DNA of 57,996 nt from Anaerolineae bacterium (lineage in GTDB: Bacteria > Chloroflexota > Anaerolineae > B4-G1 > DUEL01). Where the stretch lies: positions 1 through 57,996 of the forward strand of contig DAOTYX010000118.1 in assembly GCA_034434635.1 (NCBI GenBank). Reading direction: 5' to 3'. Positions within the stretch are counted from its first letter, which is position 1; each line of letters opens with the position of its first letter. Position numbers and translations under genes: made by a program. Shown in pieces: positions 51,497 through 57,996 of the stretch. The notes below the pieces were generated by a model. That model was not told where the DNA came from and made no database searches. It worked only from the letters and a program-made list of their open reading frames with translations.

Positions 51497-52176
51497 CCCG
51501 TTCGGCGTTCTCCTGCCACGATGCCGGTCGCCCGTAGCCAGCTGTCTCCTTCCTGACCGAAGCCCTTGCCGATGAAGCAATAGTCGTATTTGCGGATCAG
51601 TTCCTCCAGTTCGCCTCGCAATCTTTCCAGTACTGAGCGCTGGAGGCGCAGCAACTCCTGGAGTTGGTCGGTGTTCTCGACCAGTTCCAGGGCGCGGGAG
51701 AAGTGGGGCACGCAGAGGCCGGACGTCTGCGACAGCGCGGCGATCAACGGGGCGTCGCTCAGGTACTTGAGCAGTGTGTGGATGGCGATTTCCTCCATAG
51801 CCCGCTGGTGAGCGCAGGCCGGGCACTCGGCGGTGGGGCGCAGCCGCTGAAGGACGTTCTGGGCACACTGCCGGGCGTTCTGGCCGGATGGCGTGACGCT
51901 GATGGCCTCCAGCACGGTGCCCAGCACGTCGTGTTGAATGATCGCCGTGCCCAGCACGACTCCGTGCCCCGCGGTGAACATCCAGGCATGAGTGTTGCAG
52001 AAGCCCCGGGCGTCGCGCAACGCTGTCCGCACGCCGAAGTCATTGACGCGCTCGTACATCGTGTCGTCCAGATAACTGCGCACGAATGCCAACGACAGGC
52101 GGCAGAGAGGACAGCCCGGTTTTGTGCACGCCTCGAGCAGGTCGGAGTACAGCCGGTCTTTTTTCGTCGTCTCCAT
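51493..52176 (-). CDS. DUF6062-like protein A (two CxxC...CxxH units), 227 aa
   Basis: CPLC...ERVND...GFCNTH; CPAC...GLCVPH; AGGA SD. Confidence 0.82.
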   Translation of the reverse strand: METTKKDRLYSDLLEACTKPGCPLCRLSLAFVRSYLDDTMYERVNDFGVRTALRDARGFCNTHAWMFTAGHGVVLGTAIIQHDVLGTVLEAISVTPSGQNARQCAQNVLQRLRPTAECPACAHQRAMEEIAIHTLLKYLSDAPLIAALSQTSGLCVPHFSRALELVENTDQLQELLRLQRSVLERLRGELEELIRKYDYCFIGKGFGQEGDSWLRATGIVAGERRTG

Positions 52177-52187
52177 GGACTTGTCCT

Positions 52188-52222
52188 GAAACGAAAAGCC
52201 TCTACCTGAAAAGGTAGAGGCT
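52188..52222 (-). terminator. Riboswitch expression-platform intrinsic terminator
   Basis: Perfect 11-bp stem AGCCTCTACCT-TTTC-AGGTAGAGGCT followed by TTTCGTTTC, 11 nt before ATG 52176. Confidence 0.9.
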
Positions 52223-52278
52223 ATCAGTCATCCCAGACAATTGGCAGGCCAGGCCTGCTGGCGAGCCTCATCGCCAGC
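52214..52278 (-). ncRNA. Fluoride riboswitch (crcB RNA motif)
   Basis: GCUGGCG-AUGAGGCU-CGCCAGC (P1); AAUU; GUC-UGGGAU-GAC (P2); UGAU-AGCCUC-UAC. Pseudoknot GAGGCU/AGCCUC is perfect. Matches the recalled GGCGAUG...CGCC...AAYUG...CUGAUR..CUAC consensus. Confidence 0.9.
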
Positions 52279-52283
52279 CGTGG

Positions 52284-52311
52284 ATTATAGGTTACTTTGG
52301 GCAGGTGTCAA
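52284..52311 (-). promoter_or_regulatory. Consensus sigma70 promoter driving the riboswitch leader
   Basis: TTGACA (52311-52306), 16 bp spacer, TATAAT (52289-52284); predicted TSS ~52278 coincides with the 5' end of P1. Confidence 0.88.
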
Positions 52312-52318
52312 GACGGGG

Positions 52319-53668
52319 TTATCTGACGCGCGCCCATTCCTGTGCCGCCATCTGCACCGCGTCCCACGGCGTGCTGAGCGGCGGTGTGTAACTGAGGTCT
52401 ATGTCGCTCAACGCCTCCACCGTCATCCCGTTGAACAGCGCCGCGGCGAAAAGGTCCACCCGTTTGGAGACCTCTGCCGCCCGGTGACCGACGATCTGTG
52501 CTCCCAGCAGGCGGCCCGTCCGGCGGTCACCGGTGACCCGGAGGTGGAGGGTGTGCGCGCCAGGGTAGTAGACCTTGTGATCCCAGGTCTCGACCTGCAC
52601 GGTGAGCGGGTCGAAGCCGGCCTCGCGCGCTTCGGCGTCGCGCAGTCCCGTGCGGGCGGCGACCCGATCGAACACCTTGACCACCTGCGTGCCCAGCGTC
52701 CCGGCGAAGGTGGCCTGTCCACCGACCGCGTTCTCCCCGGCCACGCGCCCCTGCTTGTGCGCCGTGGAACCCAGGGGGAGATAGACGTACCGCTCCAGCA
52801 GCCGATGGTAGGTCTCGACGCAGTCCCCGGCGGCGGTGATGTGCGGGACGTTCGTCTCCATCGCGCGGTTGACGCGGATCGCCCCCCAGCGGCCCGTCTC
52901 GATGCCAGCGGCAGCCGCGAGGCGGGCATCCGGACGCACGCCGGTGGCCACCAGCACCAGGTCGGTCTGGACCTGGAATCCCCCGGAGCCGCTCACGACC
53001 AGCCGCTGCCCCTGGCGGTCAATGGCCTGCACCGCCACGCCGGTGGCGAAGGCGATGCCATGCCGGTTCAGTTCCTCGCCTACCAGCGATCCCAGCGGCG
53101 GGTCGAGCGTGGTGAGCACGGAGGGCAGGTACTCCACCAGCGTGACCTGCAGCCCGCGGCGGGCGAGGGCCTCGGCCATCTCCAGGCCGATGTAGCCGCC
53201 ACCGACCACCAGCGCGGAGGCGGGCGAGCGCGCTACCAGATGGTCGCGCAGGGCGAAGCCATCGGCCATCGTGCGCAGGAAGAAGACGCCCGGAAGTTCC
53301 AGCCCCTGGATGGGTGGACGGGCCGGGACGGCGCCGGTGGCGATGACCAGGCTGTCGTAGGGTATGTCCTGCGACCTGCCAGCCCCGTCCATGACCGTCA
53401 CCCGCCGACCGTGAGGGTCTATGACCTGGGCGGTGTGTTCCAACAGCAGGCGGATGGAATGGGCTTCGATGTCCTCCGCCTTGCGGTGGGCCAGGTCTTG
53501 CGGGTCGGCGACCTCGCCGCCGAGCCAGAAGGGGAGGCCGCAGATGGAGTAGTTGGGGTAGCGGTCGGCGACGACGACGGTGACCTCCCAGGCAGGGCTC
53601 ACCTCCCGCGCGCGCAGCGCCGCGCTGATGCCAGCGTCACTTCCGCCGATGATCAACAGATGGGGCAT
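52319..53668 (-). CDS. CoA-disulfide reductase / NADH oxidase-family flavoprotein
   Basis: GGSDAGISAA, single redox Cys YSICGLP, GGGYIGLEMAE, AAGDC, LSYTPPLS. Confidence 0.9.
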   Translation of the reverse strand: MPHLLIIGGSDAGISAALRAREVSPAWEVTVVVADRYPNYSICGLPFWLGGEVADPQDLAHRKAEDIEAHSIRLLLEHTAQVIDPHGRRVTVMDGAGRSQDIPYDSLVIATGAVPARPPIQGLELPGVFFLRTMADGFALRDHLVARSPASALVVGGGYIGLEMAEALARRGLQVTLVEYLPSVLTTLDPPLGSLVGEELNRHGIAFATGVAVQAIDRQGQRLVVSGSGGFQVQTDLVLVATGVRPDARLAAAAGIETGRWGAIRVNRAMETNVPHITAAGDCVETYHRLLERYVYLPLGSTAHKQGRVAGENAVGGQATFAGTLGTQVVKVFDRVAARTGLRDAEAREAGFDPLTVQVETWDHKVYYPGAHTLHLRVTGDRRTGRLLGAQIVGHRAAEVSKRVDLFAAALFNGMTVEALSDIDLSYTPPLSTPWDAVQMAAQEWARVR

Positions 53669-53681
53669 TTTTCCTTACCTC

Positions 53682-53855
53682 GTAATGACCTGCCCGGCTG
53701 CCCGCCGCCGTGTGCCGATTGGAAATCGGCCTTTCTGAGCGCCTGGCGTTCCCCGCCTCCTGCGCCTGGCGTCGCCCTGCGCCGACGCCTTCACTTGCCG
53801 GTCGGCGCAGGCCGACCGCTGACCGCAGGCCCACGGAGGGCGGTTTCAGTCGGCG
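53682..53855. repeat. ~170-bp composite extragenic repeat, copy 2 (direct orientation to copy 1)
   Basis: gtaatgacctgcccggctgcccgccgccgtgtgccgattggaaatcggcctttctg ... gtcggcgcaggccgaccgc ... ttcagtcggcg. Confidence 0.88.
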
Positions 53856-53877
53856 TTTTCAGGAGGGTGACTTCCAG

Positions 53878-54810
53878 TCACCGCACGATCCACCCCTCCA
53901 CGAACGCGCTCACCTCCTCCGCCACGTGTTCGGTGACCGTGAACCAGTGGATGGTCGGGTCGCTCAGGCGGAACCAGTTGTACTGGTGGCGGATGAAGCG
54001 GCGGGTGGCGCGCTGAATCTCCGCGACCACCTCTTCCAGCGTGGCCTGCCCCTCGAAGTAGGGCCGGAATTGCCCGTAACCCAGGCCCGACATCGCCGGC
54101 AGGTGCCAGCCGTAGCCGGCGGACAGCAGCCGCCGCACCTCTTCCTCCAGCCCCGCCGCCATCATCTGCGCGATCCGCGCGTCGGCGCGGGCATAGAGCG
54201 CGCCGCGCTCCATCGTCAGGCCCACCTGCAGCGTGCGGTAGGGCGGGGGCACCCGTTCCCGCTGAGCGGAGAAGGGCCGGCCAGTGCTCAGGCAGACCTC
54301 CAACGCGCGCACCAGACGGCGCAGGTTGCGCGGGTCAATCTGCGTTGCCGCCTGCGGGTCGAGCGCCGCTAGGCGGGCCACCAGGGCCGCTGTCCCCTCA
54401 CGACGGGCCTGCTCCTCCAGTTCCGCCCGCAACGCCGGGTCGGGCGGGACGGCGGGCGGGGACCATCCTTCCACCACCGCCCGGACGTACTGGCCGGTGC
54501 CGCCGACCAGGATGGGCAGCCGTCGGCGGGCGTGGATGTCGGCGATGGCCGCCTGGGCCAGCCGCCGAAACCGCGCCAGCCCCACCGTCTGATCGGGGTC
54601 GGCGATGTCAATCAGGTGATGGGGAACGCTGGCCCGCTCGGCAGGCGTGGGCTTGGCCGTGCCGATGTCCATCCCACGGTAGAAAAGACGGGAATCGGCA
54701 GAGACGATCTCCCCGTCCAGCCAGCGGGCCAGGACGAGGGAAAGCGCGGTCTTGCCCACCGCCGTGGGGCCGACGATGACCAGCAGGGGGAGCGACTCAG
54801 AGGTCTTCAT
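53878..54810 (-). CDS. miaA: tRNA dimethylallyltransferase
   Basis: GPTAVGKT, IVSADSR, MDIGTAKP, VGGTGQY; ATG 54810. Confidence 0.97.
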   Translation of the reverse strand: MKTSESLPLLVIVGPTAVGKTALSLVLARWLDGEIVSADSRLFYRGMDIGTAKPTPAERASVPHHLIDIADPDQTVGLARFRRLAQAAIADIHARRRLPILVGGTGQYVRAVVEGWSPPAVPPDPALRAELEEQARREGTAALVARLAALDPQAATQIDPRNLRRLVRALEVCLSTGRPFSAQRERVPPPYRTLQVGLTMERGALYARADARIAQMMAAGLEEEVRRLLSAGYGWHLPAMSGLGYGQFRPYFEGQATLEEVVAEIQRATRRFIRHQYNWFRLSDPTIHWFTVTEHVAEEVSAFVEGWIVR

Positions 54811-55156
54811 ACACGTCCACCCGCAGCAGGCGACCAGCGGCATCCATCTCCACAGCGACCAGGCCCAGCCGCCAATCCACCTCGGCCGCTTCCTGCTCCG
54901 CCAGGTAGGACTCGGCCACGGCGGCCATGCGGGCCTGTTTGACCGGGGTCAGCGACTCCTCAGGAGAGCCGCACTCGGAGCCACGACGGGTGCGTACTTC
55001 GAAGAAACCCCAGGTGACGCCACGGCGGGCGATGATGTCCACCTCGCCAGCGGCGCAGCGCCAGTTACGGGCGACGATCTCATAACCACGCCGTGTCAAC
55101 TCCTGCGCGGCCAGTCTCTCTCCCTGTCGCCCCAGGCCGACACGTGCTCGTCTCAT
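54797..55156 (-). CDS. yraN: YraN (UPF0102) putative endonuclease
   Basis: LGRQGERLAA, ARNWRCAAGEVDIIA, EVRTR. Confidence 0.9.
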   Translation of the reverse strand: MRRARVGLGRQGERLAAQELTRRGYEIVARNWRCAAGEVDIIARRGVTWGFFEVRTRRGSECGSPEESLTPVKQARMAAVAESYLAEQEAAEVDWRLGLVAVEMDAAGRLLRVDVYEDL

Positions 55157-55169
55157 AGGGGTGGGTGGT

Positions 55170-56312
55170 TTACCGCCGGCGCCGATGCTTCTCGATGACC
55201 TGCTGGTAGTGTTCTACCATCAGGGCGGTGGTGTTCCGCACGTCGTACCGCTCGCTGCTGGCGCGCGCCCCGGCGGCCAGACGCGCCCGCAGATGTGGGT
55301 CGCTCGCGACGGTCCCCCAGACGCGGGCGAAGGGCTCTGCCTCGACCGGGGCCAGCAGGCCGTTGACCTGCGGCTGGACCGCGCTCCATATCCATGGCAG
55401 GTCAGGCCCGACGATGGGCAGGCCACCGGCCAGCGCTTCCAGGACCGTGAGGGGCATGACCTCGATCCGCGAGGCGGTGACGAAGAGGTCGGCCAGGGCG
55501 ATGTAGTCGGGAAGGTCCGCTGCCTCCACCTGACCGGCGAAGTGCACCCGACCGTTCAGCCCCAGTCGGGCTGCCAGCGTCTCCAGCGGCTGGCGTTCGG
55601 GTCCCTCGCCCACCAGCAGCAGGTTGCTGCGCCCCGCCTCCGGCCGGGCCAGGGCCTCCAGCAGGAAGGGGAGGTTCTTCTCCGGCTCCAACCGGCCGAT
55701 GAAGACGGACAGAGGGGCGTCTTCCGACAGCCCCAGGTCCTGGCGAGTCAGGCGACGCCGGGGGTGGCGATAGGCGGCGGTCTCGATGCCCGTGGGGACG
55801 ACCGCTATCGGGCGCGCTGCCCCCAGGTCGTACATGACCTGGGCCGCCTGCGGCGTGGGCGCGGTCAACAGATCGCACCGCCGCGTAAACCAGCCCATAT
55901 AGAGGCGCAGGACAGCGCGGAGGAAAGAGGGCGGCAGGAAGGACAGGCGGGTAGCTGCCAGCAGGTCGTAACGGGTGTGGGCGGTGCAAACGACGGGCAG
56001 GTCGTAGCGGCGACCGTACCGCAGGGCCAGCCAGCCGCTGAGCGCCGGCTGGTGGGCGTGGAGCAGGTCGAGCGTGCGCAACACCGCCTGCGCCGCCCGC
56101 GTGTAGCGCAGGCCGATGGTGTAGCCGGGCTTCAGGAACGGCATGCCGGGGCTGCGGATCACCTCCGGCTCGTCTTCGGGGTCAGGCCGGCCGCAGGTGA
56201 AAACGAAGACCTGGTGGCCCAACTCCTCCAACGCTCGTTTGTGCTGGATGATGAGGCGGATGACGCCGTTGACACCCGGCCTGTAACCGTCGGTCAGCAG
56301 CCCGATACGCAC
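55170..56312 (-). CDS. Glycosyltransferase family 4 (diacylglycerol glucosyltransferase-like)
   Basis: IGLLTDGYRPGVNGV, HAHQP, GRLEPEKN, EVMPLTVLEALAGGLP. Confidence 0.9.
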   Translation of the reverse strand: MRIGLLTDGYRPGVNGVIRLIIQHKRALEELGHQVFVFTCGRPDPEDEPEVIRSPGMPFLKPGYTIGLRYTRAAQAVLRTLDLLHAHQPALSGWLALRYGRRYDLPVVCTAHTRYDLLAATRLSFLPPSFLRAVLRLYMGWFTRRCDLLTAPTPQAAQVMYDLGAARPIAVVPTGIETAAYRHPRRRLTRQDLGLSEDAPLSVFIGRLEPEKNLPFLLEALARPEAGRSNLLLVGEGPERQPLETLAARLGLNGRVHFAGQVEAADLPDYIALADLFVTASRIEVMPLTVLEALAGGLPIVGPDLPWIWSAVQPQVNGLLAPVEAEPFARVWGTVASDPHLRARLAAGARASSERYDVRNTTALMVEHYQQVIEKHRRRR

Positions 56313-56338
56313 GCCCCACCTCCCGGATCGGCGGCTGT

Positions 56339-56848
56339 CTACGCGCGGTCGAAGTAGATGGACTTGCCGGTGGCGGAGAGGGGGATGCCCATGACGAAAT
56401 CGGCGTCAATCAGCCCCAGTTCGCGCGCCACCACCCCAGCGCGATACATGATGCGGTTGTCCACATTGAGCAGCCCGGCGGTCTTGACCGCCGAGCCGAT
56501 GGCGATGCCCATGTCGAGCAGGCGGAGGGCGCAGTTGGGGCCGCGGAACTCGCCGTCAACCGTGTTGGGCTCGATGCAGGTGGGGCTGCCACAGGCCGCG
56601 CAGTTCAGGCCCAGCGCCTTCGCGTCCTTGATGCCGATGAGTACCACCGCCGCCGAGTTCAGCACGTTCTTCCCGTCGCGGTCGAAGTTGGGCTTGCCGG
56701 TGCGCTGGCCGAAGGCGATCATCCCCTCGCCCAGCCGCCGCAGCGCCTCCCCTTCGACGATCTCCACCACCACGAAATCCTGTCCCGCCGACTTGGGCGC
56801 GGTGCGGGCGGAGATGGCCATCAGTTCGGCTACCATGCGCAGGCTCAT
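56339..56848 (-). CDS. Ferredoxin-domain-containing protein (DUF2148-like)
   Basis: AISARTAPKSAGQD, NCAACGSPTC, GPNCALRLLDMGIAIGSA, VDNRIMY. Confidence 0.8.
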   Translation of the reverse strand: MSLRMVAELMAISARTAPKSAGQDFVVVEIVEGEALRRLGEGMIAFGQRTGKPNFDRDGKNVLNSAAVVLIGIKDAKALGLNCAACGSPTCIEPNTVDGEFRGPNCALRLLDMGIAIGSAVKTAGLLNVDNRIMYRAGVVARELGLIDADFVMGIPLSATGKSIYFDRA

Positions 56849-57264
56849 ACTTCCTCCTCTATCACAAACTCGGTGGTGATCTCGGCCCCGGCGCCGATGG
56901 TGGCCCCTACCGAGCAGTACCTGGTCTTGGAGAGGGTGATGGCATCCTTGACCGCCTTCTCGCTCAGGTTCCGACCCCGCAGGCGATAGGTGAGATGGGC
57001 GCGCTGAAGCGCCCAGGGCGGCTCGCTGGCGCTCTCGCCGGTGACGACGACCTCCAGGTGAGTGAGATGCTGACGCTTCTTGCTCAGGATGTTGACCACG
57101 TCGTAGGCGGTGCAGCCGCCCAGGGCGATCAGCATCAGTTGTCCGGGGCTGATGCCAGTGCCGTTTTCATCGTCCTGGCTGGACATGACCACACTGTGTT
57201 TGTGGGCGTCGAAACCCACGAACTGCAGCCGGTTCAGCCATTCTACCCGTACCGTTGTGCTCAT
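56845..57264 (-). CDS. OsmC/YhfA-like protein
   Basis: SPGQLMLIALGGCTAYDV and RYCSV cysteines; ATG 57264 overlaps the upstream stop. Confidence 0.88.
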   Translation of the reverse strand: MSTTVRVEWLNRLQFVGFDAHKHSVVMSSQDDENGTGISPGQLMLIALGGCTAYDVVNILSKKRQHLTHLEVVVTGESASEPPWALQRAHLTYRLRGRNLSEKAVKDAITLSKTRYCSVGATIGAGAEITTEFVIEEEV

Positions 57265-57996
57265 GCTCCCTCCAGGAGTGCCCGCAACTGCCGCGCGCTG
57301 CCCACGGCCTGACCCTGCCAGTGGTTGTTCATATAGACCAGCGTGAGCGGCGCCTCGGTGTCTAACTGGCGGATTTTGGGCACCCACTCCAGCAACTCAT
57401 CGTCGCTGTAGGCGTAGTTGTACCGCTCCCAGGCCTGCTCGTGCTGCCACCACTTTGCGGCGTTGCGGCCGTGGAAACGGACGTAGGCCACCGGGCCGGT
57501 GGCGACGTGGATGGGCGGCATCAGCCCGTGCAGGCGAGGCTCATCCACGCAGCAGAAGCCCAGGTTCAGCGCCCGCAGCCGGTCGAACATCTCCGGGGAG
57601 GTCCACTCCTGGCTGCGGAACTCCACCACCACCGGCAGGTCGGCGAAGCCGTCCCGTAACCGCTGCAGGTAGGCCATGTTCTCGACGGTGGCGTGGAAGG
57701 AGTGCGGGAACTGCAGGAGGACGCAGGCGAACTTCTCCGCCTGGCGCAGCGGGAGCAGCGCTTGGATGAAGGCCTCGATGAGCGGCTCGGGGTTCTCACG
57801 TTCGTGAGTGATGCCCTGAAAGGCCTTCAGCGAGAACAGGAAGCCGCCCGGCACTTTGGCCGCCATCTTTGCCAGGGTGCGGGCGTCAGGGATGCGGTAA
57901 AAGGAGAAGTTCAGTTCGCAGGTGGGGAACTCCTGGGCGTAGAAGTGCAGCCAGTCCTCCTTCGGCAGATCGGGCGGATAGACCGATCCCACCCAG
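57261..57996 (-). CDS. DUF72 (YecE/YunF) family protein, 5' end beyond window
   Basis: WVGSVYP, CELNFSFY, FSLKA, LLQFP, VEFRS, YVRFHGRN, YNYAYS, YMNNH. Confidence 0.9.
   Translation of the reverse strand, partial: WVGSVYPPDLPKEDWLHFYAQEFPTCELNFSFYRIPDARTLAKMAAKVPGGFLFSLKAFQGITHERENPEPLIEAFIQALLPLRQAEKFACVLLQFPHSFHATVENMAYLQRLRDGFADLPVVVEFRSQEWTSPEMFDRLRALNLGFCCVDEPRLHGLMPPIHVATGPVAYVRFHGRNAAKWWQHEQAWERYNYAYSDDELLEWVPKIRQLDTEAPLTLVYMNNHWQGQAVGSARQLRALLEGA

Noticed and set aside
1-57996. IS element, integrase, prophage or rRNA
   Set aside because: No transposase/recombinase motifs, phage genes or rRNA signatures recognised; the tRNA cluster shows no att-like duplication.

Overview
High-GC bacterial chromosome segment, almost all on the minus strand. 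It is most likely Chloroflexota (Anaerolineae-like), inferred from the GT-C/Ig-domain expansion, YFPETGH-repeat surface protein, LysRS insert and tRNA-Arg(GCG). In order it contains: (1) a ~17.7-kb surface-glycosylation operon with a STAND ATPase carrying a degenerate cyclase domain, a GT4 and five tandem GT-C glycosyltransferases; (2) a housekeeping block: greA-lysS-serS, tRNA-Ser/Ser/Arg, xpt-guaA; (3) uvrC followed by a ThDP enzyme, Gfo/Idh/MocA oxidoreductase and GPH transporter; (4) small membrane proteins (DUF4126/4013/4190); (5) a wzz / BY-kinase / rmlA / YbdK cluster; (6) a four-gene CHAT-protease cassette resembling CATRA conflict systems; (7) a split MgtE(N)-CBS plus NRAMP-like Mg2+ uptake operon with a candidate uORF attenuator; (8) cdr-like, miaA, yraN, GT4, DUF2148, OsmC and DUF72 genes. 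The standout is at 52188-52311. A perfect TTGACA-16-TATAAT promoter drives a fluoride (crcB-motif) riboswitch with an overlapping intrinsic terminator. It controls no recognisable fluoride exporter, but an uncharacterised three-gene operon: two Zn-finger-like DUF6062-type paralogues and an RHH/coiled-coil protein. That operon plus the cdr-like gene is bracketed by two ~160-170-bp direct repeats. The window also has REP-like palindromes and 7/8/9-mer tandem arrays at gene junctions, some inside coding frames. No CRISPR array, rRNA or transposase was seen. All family assignments are by eye and from memory; no searches were run.
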